From positions 31,667 through 95,666 of the forward strand of contig CAWFLV010000002.1 of NCBI GenBank assembly GCA_963816695.1: DNA of 64,000 nucleotides, written 5' to 3'. A model generated the notes under the pieces. It was not told where the DNA came from and did no database searches. It saw only the letters and a program-made list of their open reading frames with translations. The number at the start of each line of letters is the position of its first letter. Positions within the stretch are counted from its first letter, which is position 1. Below, in pieces: positions 40,285 through 48,916 of the stretch. Origin of the DNA: an uncultured Actinomycetota bacterium (GTDB lineage Bacteria > Actinomycetota > Actinomycetes > Actinomycetales > Angustibacteraceae). Position numbers and translations under genes: made by a program.

Positions 40285-40389
40285 CACCTCAGTACCTAAA
40301 CCATCAACCACCTACGCCATCGTAGGTCGTCCACGATGCGGATGCCGGGTCGGCCACGAACTCGTGTCGCCATCGCGCCAGGTGGCGCG

Positions 40390-41388
40390 ATGCTGGGACC
40401 CGCCCGGGTGGCCGCAGTACCCTTCCTGCGGACGTCGCACGACCAAGGGGTGGCCACGAAAGCGCACGAGGGATACCGGCACGAGGCACTGCTCTACCGC
40501 GACGACGCCGAGTACCTCCAGGGCACCGTCGAGTTCGTCGCGGACGCCGTGGCGCTCGGCCAACCGGTGCTGGTGGCCGTCCCCGGCCGGCGGCTCGCCT
40601 CGCTGCGCGACGCGCTGGGCTCATCGGCGCGCGAGGTGCAGTTCGTCGACATGACCGAGCTCGGCCACAACCCCGCGCGGATCATCCCGGCCTGGCGCGC
40701 GTTCCTCGACACCCACGGCGACGCCGGTCAGGCGGTGCGCGGGATCGGCGAGCCCGTGTGGGCGGGTCGCCGCCAGGCCGAGGTCGACGAGTGCCACCTC
40801 CACGAGGCGCTGCTCAACGTGGCGGTCGCGCCGGACACACCACTGTGGCTGCGCTGCCCCTACGACGTCACGGCGCTGGGTGAGCCGGACGTGCGGACCG
40901 CGCAGTGCAACCACCCGACGTACGTGGCCGACGGCGCGTTGGCCGGCAGCACCACCTACGGCGGGCTGCCGTACCTCCAGGACGTCTTCGGCGGCGAGCT
41001 CGACGAGCCGACGGCCGCCGCCGAGCTGATGGACTTCGGCGAGGGCGACCTCGGCCGGGTGCGGCGCTCGGTGAGCCGTCACGCCGTCGACGCCGGGCTC
41101 GACGCCGAGCGCACCAGCGACGTCGTGCTCGCCGTCACCGAGCTGGCCACCAACAGCCTGCGGCACGGCGGCGGGCGGGGCAGCCTGCGCACCTGGCGCG
41201 AGCCGGACGCCCTCGTGCACGAGGTGCGCGACACCGGCCGCATCCAGGACCTGCTCGTCGGACGCCGCGCGCCGCGGCCCAGCGACGAGGGCGGACGCGG
41301 CGTGTGGATCGCCAACCAGCTGTGCGACCTCGTGCAGGTGCGGTCCGGCGGCGACGGCACGGTCGTGCGCACCTACACCTGGCTCTGA
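40390..41388 (+). CDS. MEDS-domain / RsbW-like HATPase fusion (RsbA-type anti-sigma regulatory protein)
   Basis: The N-terminal YRHEALLYRDDAEYLQGTVEFVADAVALGQPVLV is a MEDS domain. The C-terminus has AVTELATNSLRHGGG and the G-box GGRGVWIANQLCD. Alternative starts are at 40336 and 40450. Confidence 0.75.
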   Translation: MLGPARVAAVPFLRTSHDQGVATKAHEGYRHEALLYRDDAEYLQGTVEFVADAVALGQPVLVAVPGRRLASLRDALGSSAREVQFVDMTELGHNPARIIPAWRAFLDTHGDAGQAVRGIGEPVWAGRRQAEVDECHLHEALLNVAVAPDTPLWLRCPYDVTALGEPDVRTAQCNHPTYVADGALAGSTTYGGLPYLQDVFGGELDEPTAAAELMDFGEGDLGRVRRSVSRHAVDAGLDAERTSDVVLAVTELATNSLRHGGGRGSLRTWREPDALVHEVRDTGRIQDLLVGRRAPRPSDEGGRGVWIANQLCDLVQVRSGGDGTVVRTYTWL

Positions 41389-41472
41389 TCCGCCGTCCCG
41401 GCTGGGCCGGACGCGGCGCTCAGCCGTCGGTCGCGGTGTTCCACCACATGCCGCTCGTCCGAGAACGCAGGC

Positions 41473-42072
41473 TCATGCCACGAACTCCACCTGGTCGTGG
41501 TTGACGACGGACGTGGTGACGCCGGGGTAGACCGTGTCGGCGACGAAGAAGTTGGTGTAGGCGACCATCGTCTCGGCCCCGACCGGCACGGTGCGCCCGT
41601 CGGGGAGCGGGAGGTCCCACGGTCCCTCGTCGGTGGTGTGGGCGTCGGCCACCAGGGTGGTGTCGTAGCCCTCGACCAGCGCGCGGGCCGACGTGGCGCG
41701 CACGCACGCGTCAGTGGCGGCTCCGCAGACGACGAGGTGACCGACGCCGCGTGCGTCGAGCTCCTCGCGCAGCGTGGTGTCCGCGAACGAGTCGAGGTAG
41801 TGCTTGGCGATCACGGTCTCGCCGGCGGCGGGGCGCACCTCCTCGACGATCTGCCAGCCGGGCGAGCCCGGGGTGAACGGCTCGCCCTCCTCGTGCTGCA
41901 CCCAGATCACCGGTGCGCCGGCGGTCTTCGCCTGGTCGATGAGCCGGCGGATGCGCCCGACGACCTCGGTGCGTTGCCAGGCGCCTGCGGTGTTGGCGTT
42001 CTGGACGTCGATGACGAGCAGGGCGCTGCTGCGGTTCCTGCAGTCGGTGCTGTTCATGGCGGTGGTGGTCAT
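41473..42072 (-). CDS. isochorismatase-family cysteine hydrolase
   Basis: ALLVIDVQN, IAKHYLDSF and LVVCGAATDACVRATSARA supply the catalytic D/K/C triad positions. Confidence 0.85.
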   Translation of the reverse strand: MTTTAMNSTDCRNRSSALLVIDVQNANTAGAWQRTEVVGRIRRLIDQAKTAGAPVIWVQHEEGEPFTPGSPGWQIVEEVRPAAGETVIAKHYLDSFADTTLREELDARGVGHLVVCGAATDACVRATSARALVEGYDTTLVADAHTTDEGPWDLPLPDGRTVPVGAETMVAYTNFFVADTVYPGVTTSVVNHDQVEFVA

Positions 42073-42125
42073 GGCGGTTACGCTAGGCCGCCATCCGGAC
42101 GGTTTCTGACCGCATAGGAGGGCCG

Positions 42126-43115
42126 ATGGCCAGTCCCGCAGGTCGTGTCCTCGCGCTGTTGGGGCAGGTGCAGGACCGGCCGGGCCTCACCGCGCCGCAG
42201 CTCGCGCGCGAGCTGGGCGTCAGCGAGCGAACCGTGCGGCGGTACGTCGCCACGTTGCAGGAGCTCGGCATCCCGGTCGAGGCGGGCCGCGGCAGCATCG
42301 GTGGCCACCGGCTGCGCCCGGGATTCCGGATGCCGCCGCTGATGCTCACCACGGACGAGGCGGTCGCGGTCACCGTCGCGCTCGCCGTGCTGCGAGGCCG
42401 CACCGCCGACGCAGGGGCAGCTGACACTGCGCTCGCGAAGCTGGTGCAGGTGCTGCCCCGCGGGGTCTCCGACCGCGTCGCCGACGTCCTGGCCGCGGTG
42501 ATCCCTCCGACCGAGGGCTGGCTGGCGGGCGGCGTGCCCGACCCGACCGTGCTGGCCAGGCTGGCCACGGGCATCGCCCAGCGGCGGCGCTGCCGCGTCC
42601 GGCACAGCACCGGCGGCGCCACCAGCACCGTGCGCGAGATCAACCCCTACGGCGTGGCCGTGGTGCGCGGCTGGTGCTACGTCCACGGCTGGTGTCACCT
42701 GCGGCAGGCGCGCCGCACGTTCCGGATCGACCGGATCGACCGGGTCGACCTGCTGGAGGCCACCTTCCGGATGCCCGAGCTGGACGTCGTCGCGGCCGTC
42801 GAGCGCTCGCTGGCCCTGGCGCGCACCGAGTGGCCGGTCTCCTTGGTGCTGCACGGCCCGCTCGCGCAGGTCGAGCCGTGGATCCCCCGTCACCTCGGCG
42901 TCTGCGAGGCCGTGGGGCCCGAGCGGACTCGGGTGCGCTCATCGACGAGCAACCTGGACTACTTCGTCCTGCGGATCGGCGATCAGCCGTTCGAGCTGAC
43001 CGTCGAGGAGCCTGCCGAGCTGCGCTCCGCGTTCGCCCGCTGCGCCGAGCGGATGGCCCGCTGGGCCGCGGCGGCCCCCGGCACGGACCGCGCCGCCGTC
43101 CCCGGCGCGTCGTAG
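42126..43115 (+). CDS. YafY-family transcriptional regulator (HTH + WYL domain)
   Basis: The N-terminal HTH is LTAPQLARELGVSERTVRRYVATLQELGIPVEA. The WYL region is INPYGVAVVRGWCYVHGWCHLRQARRTFRIDRI. Confidence 0.85.
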   Translation: MASPAGRVLALLGQVQDRPGLTAPQLARELGVSERTVRRYVATLQELGIPVEAGRGSIGGHRLRPGFRMPPLMLTTDEAVAVTVALAVLRGRTADAGAADTALAKLVQVLPRGVSDRVADVLAAVIPPTEGWLAGGVPDPTVLARLATGIAQRRRCRVRHSTGGATSTVREINPYGVAVVRGWCYVHGWCHLRQARRTFRIDRIDRVDLLEATFRMPELDVVAAVERSLALARTEWPVSLVLHGPLAQVEPWIPRHLGVCEAVGPERTRVRSSTSNLDYFVLRIGDQPFELTVEEPAELRSAFARCAERMARWAAAAPGTDRAAVPGAS

Positions 43116-43125
43116 GCTCCCGGTC

Positions 43126-44238
43126 GTGCCGACGGTCCATCACCTCTCGCGACAGGACGCCCGTCGCATCGCCGTCCGCGCGCAGCTGCTGGACGCCGAC
43201 CGGCCCACCGACGTCCAGGACGTCGTCCGCCACCTCACGCTGGTGCAGGTCGACCACGTCCCGGCCGTCGCACCCAGCCACGACCTGGTGCTGTGGAGCC
43301 GGCTCGGCGCGCGCTACGCGCCGGAGGAGCTGCGAGCCGCCCTCGAGGCGCGGGTGCTCGTCGAGCTGCAGATGATGGTGCGACCCGCTGAGGACGTCGC
43401 GCTCTACCTCGCCGACATGGCGGCCTGGCCCGGCGACGGTCCGCTCACGGACTGGCAGCAGTCCGTACGCGACTGGGTGGCGGCGAACGACGCCTGCCGG
43501 CTCGACGTCCTCCACCGGCTCGACGAGCTCGGGCCGCAGCGGGCCCGCGACCTCCCCGACACGTGCGTGCGGCCCTGGGGGTCGTCGGGGTGGAACGACA
43601 ACCGCAACGTCGGGCGCCTGCTCGAGCTGATGGAGGCGCGCGGCGAGGTGGCCGTCTGCGGCCACGAGGGGCGCGATCGCCTGTGGGACCTCGCCGAGCG
43701 CGTCTACCCCGAGGTCGACCTCGTGCCCGCCGACGAGGCGCGCCGCACGCGTGAGCAGCTGCGCCTGCGAGCGCTCGGCATCGCGCGGTCGCGCGCCGCC
43801 GTGACCGCAGGTGAGCCGAACGACGTCGGTGCGGCCGGCGAGCCGGCCGTGGTCGAGGGGCTACGCGGGCAGTGGCAGGTCGAGCCCTCGCTCCTGGACC
43901 AACCGTTCCGCGGTCGCACGGCGCTGCTGTCGCCCCTCGACCGGCTCGTGTTCGACCGCAAGCGGATGGCCGAGCTGTTCGCCTTCGACTACCAGCTGGA
44001 GATGTACAAGCCGAAGGCCGCCCGCCGCTGGGGCTACTACGCCCTGCCGGTGCTCCACGGTGACCAGCTGGTCGGCAAGGTCGACGCGACGGCGGACCGC
44101 GCGCGAGGGGTGTTCCGGGTCGACGCGCTCCACGAGGACGAGCCGTTCGACGACGCCACGACCGACGCCGTGCGCACTGAGGTCGAGCAGCTGGCGCAGT
44201 GGCTGGAGCTCGAGCTGTCGGCGCCCTGGTCGCGCTGA
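43126..44238 (+). CDS. YcaQ/AlkZ-like winged-helix DNA glycosylase family protein (DUF1006)
   Basis: ARRIAVRAQLLD..., VQVDHVPAVAPSHDLVLWSR, and the C-terminal RRWGYYALPVLHGDQLVGKVDA are typical of the YcaQ family. Confidence 0.75.
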   Translation: MPTVHHLSRQDARRIAVRAQLLDADRPTDVQDVVRHLTLVQVDHVPAVAPSHDLVLWSRLGARYAPEELRAALEARVLVELQMMVRPAEDVALYLADMAAWPGDGPLTDWQQSVRDWVAANDACRLDVLHRLDELGPQRARDLPDTCVRPWGSSGWNDNRNVGRLLELMEARGEVAVCGHEGRDRLWDLAERVYPEVDLVPADEARRTREQLRLRALGIARSRAAVTAGEPNDVGAAGEPAVVEGLRGQWQVEPSLLDQPFRGRTALLSPLDRLVFDRKRMAELFAFDYQLEMYKPKAARRWGYYALPVLHGDQLVGKVDATADRARGVFRVDALHEDEPFDDATTDAVRTEVEQLAQWLELELSAPWSR

Positions 44239-44257
44239 ACCCGGCTAGGCTCGCGCC

Positions 44258-44626
44258 GTGGGTCAGCTGCCGCCGTACGCCGTGGTCGGGATCGTCGTCC
44301 TGACCGGCATCGCGCTGTTCCTCGCCGGCACCCAGGGCACGCGACTGCTGCGGCCCTCGGCCCCCACGGCAGCCAAGCTCACGACCTACGAGTGCGGCGT
44401 CGACCCGGTCGGCGAGGGCTGGGCCCAGACGAACGTGCGCTACTACCTCTACGCCTACCTGTACGTCGTGTTCGCGGTCGACGCGATGTACCTGCTGCCG
44501 TGGGCCACGGTGCTGACCCTGCCCGGCTTCGGCTGGCGCACCCTCGCCGAGATGGGGATCTTCCTCGGTGTCCTGGCCGTCGGGCTGGCGCACGCCTGGC
44601 GCCGCGGCCTGTTGCGCTGGGTGTAG
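44258..44626 (+). CDS. nuoA: NADH-quinone oxidoreductase subunit A, second copy
   Basis: 122 aa with 3 TM helices. TYECGVDPVG and YYLYAYLYVVFAVDAMYLLPWA are present. Confidence 0.88.
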   Translation: MGQLPPYAVVGIVVLTGIALFLAGTQGTRLLRPSAPTAAKLTTYECGVDPVGEGWAQTNVRYYLYAYLYVVFAVDAMYLLPWATVLTLPGFGWRTLAEMGIFLGVLAVGLAHAWRRGLLRWV

Positions 44627-44697
44627 ACGCAGGACGTTCGGCACTGCCGCCCGGCCTCGCGCCGACGCGACGCTCGTGATGTCCAGGAGGTGACGTC

Positions 44698-45216
44698 ATG
44701 CCCGTCGTGTGGGTGGTGCTCGGTGTCGTGATCATGGTGTCGGCGGTGCTGGCGAGGCGCAGCGCGCGAGCGCTGCGGACCGGGCTGCTGGCCGTCTCGG
44801 CGCTGTTCGTCGCGGCGGGTGCCGCGGTGAACGCGGCGTACCTGCTCACCGGCGACGACTACGGCGAGTTCGCCGGCGGCTCGTCGTTCGCGTTCGTCCG
44901 CGACACCTGGGCCTCGCTGGTGGTGCCGCACCACCACGTGTTCATCGGTCTGCTGGTGGCGTTCGAGGCCACCGTCGGCGTGCTGGTGCTCCTGGGGCAC
45001 CGCGCCCGCCGGGTCGCCCTGGTGGCCGCCATCGTCTTCCACGTGCTGCTGGTGTCGTTCGGGTGGGGGTTCGCCCTGTGGTCGGCGCCGATGGTCGTGG
45101 CGCTCACGATGCTGCTGCGTGCCGACCGGGCGCGCGTCGAGGCGCTGGCCGCGTTGGCCCACCGGCGCGGCGTCCGCACCGGCGGCGTGAGCTCACGAGC
45201 TCTGCACGGCGTCTGA
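44698..45216 (+). CDS. hypothetical 4-TM membrane protein inserted between second-copy nuoA and nuoB
   Basis: 172 aa. A strong SD (CCAGGAGGTGACGTC) precedes the ATG. It has four hydrophobic helices and an HHH motif, and I recognise no family. Confidence 0.7.
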   Translation: MPVVWVVLGVVIMVSAVLARRSARALRTGLLAVSALFVAAGAAVNAAYLLTGDDYGEFAGGSSFAFVRDTWASLVVPHHHVFIGLLVAFEATVGVLVLLGHRARRVALVAAIVFHVLLVSFGWGFALWSAPMVVALTMLLRADRARVEALAALAHRRGVRTGGVSSRALHGV

Positions 45217-45283
45217 GCACTTCACGCGGCGTGCACGCCGCGTGAGGTGCTGGGCCGCCTGCTTCACGTGATCATCGGGGGAG
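45217..45283 (+). repeat. repeat family B copy 1: 34-bp hairpin + 11-nt spacer + CTTCACGTGATCATCGGGGGAG box
   Basis: The hairpin GCACTTCACGCGGCG-TGCA-CGCCGCGTGAGGTGC spans 45217-45250. The box spans 45262-45283 and contains the TCACGTGA palindrome. The element starts 1 nt after the upstream stop and ends 19 nt before nuoB2. Confidence 0.9.
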
Positions 45284-45301
45284 GGCGGCGGCCGCAGTAG
45301 G

Positions 45302-45907
45302 GTGGCGGCCGTGGCTGTCGACCTGCCCGCGCCGCGCGTGGGACCGCTTGCCGAGGCGGCGCCGCGTCCGCTGCGGCTGGTGCTGAACTGGGGTCGCCGC
45401 TACAGCCTGTGGGTCTTCAACTTCGGCCTGGCCTGCTGCGCGATCGAGTTCATCGCGGCGTCCATGGCCCGGCACGACTTCATCCGCCTGGGGGTCATCC
45501 CCTTCGCACCCGGTCCGCGCCAGGCCGACCTGATGATCGTCAGCGGCACGGTCACCGACAAGATGGCGCCCGCGATCAAGCGGCTCTACGAGCAGATGCC
45601 CGAGCCGAAGTACGTCATCTCCTTCGGCGCCTGCAGCAACTCCGGCGGGCCCTACTGGGACTCCTACTGCGTCACCAAGGGCGTCGACCAGATCATCCCC
45701 GCCGACGTGTACGTGCCCGGCTGCCCGCCGCGTCCGGAGGCGCTGCTGCAAGGGATCCTGCGGCTGCAGGAGAAGATCGCCGCCGAGTCGGTCAGCGGCG
45801 AGGCCATCGCCCGGCGCCGGCGTCCGGTGTCGGCAGCGCAGGTGGCCCGCCCCCTGCTCGGCCCGGACGACGGCGGCCCGCTCGTCGCCACGGGGACCTC
45901 GGCGTGA
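45302..45907 (+). CDS. nuoB: NADH-quinone oxidoreductase subunit B, second copy
   Basis: N2 ligands are conserved: [17 protein letters not shown] and PGCPPRP. An alternative GTG start is at 45311. Confidence 0.92.
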   Translation: MAAVAVDLPAPRVGPLAEAAPRPLRLVLNWGRRYSLWVFNFGLACCAIEFIAASMARHDFIRLGVIPFAPGPRQADLMIVSGTVTDKMAPAIKRLYEQMPEPKYVISFGACSNSGGPYWDSYCVTKGVDQIIPADVYVPGCPPRPEALLQGILRLQEKIAAESVSGEAIARRRRPVSAAQVARPLLGPDDGGPLVATGTSA

Positions 45908-46569
45908 CCGCGGCCATCGGCACCCCCGAGGACGTCGCGGGCCGCCTCGCCGCGGCGCTCGGGCTCGGCCCGGACGACGCACCCCTGGCCGCCGAGGACG
46001 CCCAGGGCGTGGTGTGCGTCGACGTCCCGCGCGAGCGCTGGCACGACGCGCTGGCCGCTGCCCGCGAGGTGCTGGGGCTGGACTTCTTCGACTGGCTGAG
46101 CGGCGTCGACGAGCCGGCCGCGGACCCGCCGTCGGTCGACGTCGTCACGCACCTGGTCGTCTCGACGTCCGGCGGCGAGGGGATCGGCGAGGGTGCGGGG
46201 CTCGTCCGGCTGCTGCTGCGCACCCGGGTGCCGGCGGACGAGCCGGTGCTGGCGAGCGTCACCGACGTGTGGGCCGGGGCGGCCTGGCACGAGCGCGAGA
46301 CGCACGAGATGTTCGGCATCGAGTTCAGCGGGTTCGACGACGGCGCCCGCACGGCCGAGGGCCAGCCGCTCGGGATGCGCCCGCTGCTGCTGCCCGACGG
46401 CTTCGAGGGCACGCCGCTGCGCAAGTCCTTCGTCCTCGCGGCGCGCGCGAGCAAGCCCTGGCCCGGCGCCAAGGAGCCCGGCGAGAGCGACACGGGCACC
46501 TCGCCGTCGCGCCGCAAGATGCTGCCGCCCGGCGTGCCGGACGCCGAGTGGGGACCTCGCGATGCCTGA
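45904..46569 (+). CDS. nuoC: NADH-quinone oxidoreductase subunit C-like, second copy (no NuoD fused)
   Basis: GTGA overlap with nuoB2. [16 protein letters not shown] and [14 protein letters not shown] are present. At 221 aa it holds only the 30-kDa domain. Confidence 0.85.
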   Translation: MTAAIGTPEDVAGRLAAALGLGPDDAPLAAEDAQGVVCVDVPRERWHDALAAAREVLGLDFFDWLSGVDEPAADPPSVDVVTHLVVSTSGGEGIGEGAGLVRLLLRTRVPADEPVLASVTDVWAGAAWHERETHEMFGIEFSGFDDGARTAEGQPLGMRPLLLPDGFEGTPLRKSFVLAARASKPWPGAKEPGESDTGTSPSRRKMLPPGVPDAEWGPRDA

Positions 46570-47521
46570 GGCGCTCGAGGTCGTCGTGCGGGTCGTCGCG
46601 GTGCTGGCGGCCTTCCTGACCCTGCCCCTGGTGGTGGGCCAGACCGAGCACAAGGTGATGGCGCACATGCAGGGCCGGCTCGGGCCGATGTACGCCGGCG
46701 GCTTCCACGGCTGGGCCCAGCTCGTCGCGGACGGCGTGAAGTTCGTGCAGAAGGAGGACGTCACGCCGGCGGCCGCCGACCGGCACGTCTTCCGCCTCGC
46801 TCCCGCCGTCGCGCTGGTGCCCTACCTCGTGGCGATGGCCGCGATCCCGCTCGCGCCCGGCGTGGTCGCCGCCGACCTGGACGCCGCGCTGCTGTTCGTC
46901 CTGGCCGCCAGCGCGGTCGGCGTCCTCGGCACCCTGATGGCCGGCTGGAGCAGCGCCAACAAGTACGCGCTGCTCGGGGGCCTGCGGGCGGCCGCCCAGC
47001 TGCTGTCGTACGAGCTGCCGATCGTCCTGGCCGCCAGCAGCGTCGCGATGGCGGCCGGCACGCTGTCGCTCGTCGGCATCGGCGAGGCCTGGCGCCCCTG
47101 GTGGCTGGTGTGGCAGGCGCCCGCGCTGGTGTGCTTCGTGGTCGCCGGCGTCGCCGAGCTGCAGCGGCCGCCGTTCGACATGCCGGTCGCGGACTCCGAG
47201 ATCGTGTTCGGCCCCTACACCGAGTACACCGGCCTGCGCTTCGCGTTCTTCCTGCTGAGCGAGTACGCCGGCATCGTCGTCCTGTCGGCCCTGACGTCGG
47301 TGCTGTTCCTCGGCGCGTGGCACGGACCCTTCAGCGACGCGCTCGGCTGGCTGTGGACGCTGCTCAAGACCGGCCTGGTCGCCGTGCTGGTGATCTGGGT
47401 GCGGGTCGCCTGGCCGCGGCTGCGCGAGGACCAGCTGCAGGCGCTGGCCTGGAAGGTGCTCGTGCCGCTGGCACTGGCCCAGCTCGTCCTGACCGGAGTC
47501 GTGGTGGTGATGATCTCGTGA
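46562..47521 (+). CDS. nuoH: NADH-quinone oxidoreductase subunit H, second copy
   Basis: The ATG lies 8 nt inside the nuoC2 3-prime end. [20 protein letters not shown] and [17 protein letters not shown] are present. Confidence 0.9.
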   Translation: MPEALEVVVRVVAVLAAFLTLPLVVGQTEHKVMAHMQGRLGPMYAGGFHGWAQLVADGVKFVQKEDVTPAAADRHVFRLAPAVALVPYLVAMAAIPLAPGVVAADLDAALLFVLAASAVGVLGTLMAGWSSANKYALLGGLRAAAQLLSYELPIVLAASSVAMAAGTLSLVGIGEAWRPWWLVWQAPALVCFVVAGVAELQRPPFDMPVADSEIVFGPYTEYTGLRFAFFLLSEYAGIVVLSALTSVLFLGAWHGPFSDALGWLWTLLKTGLVAVLVIWVRVAWPRLREDQLQALAWKVLVPLALAQLVLTGVVVVMIS

Positions 47522-48090
47522 GCGACGCGCAGCGGCCCGACCAGCGGCCCGGCCTGCCCGGCGTCCTGAAGGGGCTGGCGGTGACGGCGAAGAACCTCGC
47601 CACCCCCAGCCACACGGCCGAGTACCCGGACGTCGCACCCGCGCTGCCGCCGCGCAGCCGCGGGGTGATCGCGCTGGTGCAGGAGAACTGCACGGTCTGC
47701 ATGCTGTGCGCGCGCGAGTGCCCCGACTGGTGCATCTACATCGACTCGCACAAGGAGACGCTGCCCGCCACCACCGAGGGCGGTCGCGAGCGCCAGCGCA
47801 ACGTGCTCGACCGCTTCGACATCGACTTCTCGCTGTGCATGTACTGCGGCATCTGCGTCGAGGTCTGCCCGTTCGACGCCCTGGAGTGGAGCCCGGAGTT
47901 CGAGTACGCCGAGCTCGACATCAAGGACCTCCTGCACGACAAGGAGCGGCTGTCGGCGTGGTTCCCGACCGTGCCGCCACCGCCTGGCCCGGACGCCGCA
48001 GCGGCCGAGCCGAAGGAGGTGGCCGCGGCGCTGCGCCCGGCCCGGCCGCGCCGTCCGGTGCGCCCTCCCGCCGACGGGGAGCAGGCGTGA
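47518..48090 (+). CDS. nuoI: NADH-quinone oxidoreductase subunit I, second copy
   Basis: Both 4Fe-4S motifs are present ([24 protein letters not shown]). It has a Pro-rich C-terminal tail and a GTGA overlap with nuoH2. Confidence 0.9.
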   Translation: MSDAQRPDQRPGLPGVLKGLAVTAKNLATPSHTAEYPDVAPALPPRSRGVIALVQENCTVCMLCARECPDWCIYIDSHKETLPATTEGGRERQRNVLDRFDIDFSLCMYCGICVEVCPFDALEWSPEFEYAELDIKDLLHDKERLSAWFPTVPPPPGPDAAAAEPKEVAAALRPARPRRPVRPPADGEQA

Positions 48091-48596
48091 CGACGCGCGA
48101 CGTGCTGTTCGCTCTGCTCGGTGTCGTGACGGCGGCGTCCGGCCTGCTCGCGGTGACCTCGCGGCAGGTGGTGCACGCGGCGCTGTGGCTCGTCACGGCG
48201 CTGGGCGCGCTCGCGGGCTGCTACCTGGTGCTCGGTGCCGAGGTGGTGGCGCTGGTGCAGGTGCTCGTCTACGTCGGCGCCGTGGTGGTGCTCGTGCTGT
48301 TCGCGCTGATGCTCACGCGGGCGCCGATCGGCCGCTCGTCCGACGTCGACGCCTCCTGGCCGCAGCGCGTCGCAGCGGCTGCCGCAGGTGGCGCGGTCGC
48401 GGCCCTGCTCGGCACGACGCTCGTGGTGGCGGTGCGCGGCCGGTCGGTCGAGGTCGACGACGCGCGCACGGCCGCCCAGCCGCTCGCCCGCTCGCTGTTC
48501 GGGGCGTGGGCGCTGCCGTTCGAGCTGCTGTCGCTGCTGCTGCTCGCGGCGCTGGTGTCGGCCCTGGTGCTCTCGCGCGAGCGGGGTGAGCGGTGA
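48087..48596 (+). CDS. nuoJ: NADH-quinone oxidoreductase subunit J, second copy
   Basis: 169 aa, ND6-like ([24 protein letters not shown]). GTGA overlap with nuoI2. Confidence 0.85.
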   Translation: MTTRDVLFALLGVVTAASGLLAVTSRQVVHAALWLVTALGALAGCYLVLGAEVVALVQVLVYVGAVVVLVLFALMLTRAPIGRSSDVDASWPQRVAAAAAGGAVAALLGTTLVVAVRGRSVEVDDARTAAQPLARSLFGAWALPFELLSLLLLAALVSALVLSRERGER

Positions 48597-48916
48597 TCCA
48601 CCTCGCCCCACCGCTGCTGCTCGCCGCGGTGCTCGCCGGGTGCGGCGTGTACGGCGTCCTGGCCCGGCGCAACGCCGTGCTGGTGCTCATCGGCGTCGAG
48701 CTGATCCTCAACGCCGCCAACCTGCTGCTCGTCGCGTTCGACGCCGCCTACGCCGGTGCGCTGCACGAGGGGCAGGTGCTCACGCTGTTCGTCGTCACGG
48801 TGGCGGCGGCCGAGGTCGGCGTGGCGCTCGCGGTGGTGCTGCTGATGTTCCGTCGGCGCGGGGACGTCGACCTGCAGCAGGCGCGCGAGCTCGCCGAGCG
48901 GGTGGACGTCCCGTGA
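48593..48916 (+). CDS. nuoK: NADH-quinone oxidoreductase subunit K, second copy
   Basis: 107 aa with 3 TM helices (GVELILNAANLLLV, VAAAEVGVALAV). Confidence 0.9.
   Translation: MIHLAPPLLLAAVLAGCGVYGVLARRNAVLVLIGVELILNAANLLLVAFDAAYAGALHEGQVLTLFVVTVAAAEVGVALAVVLLMFRRRGDVDLQQARELAERVDVP

Noticed and set aside
46500-46620. Absence of nuoD-G in the second nuo set as an assembly or frameshift artefact
   Set aside because: The nuoC-like stop and nuoH-like ATG overlap by 8 nt, and both flanking reading frames are clean. No NuoD/E/F/G-like fragment appears in any frame between 44258 and 53872.
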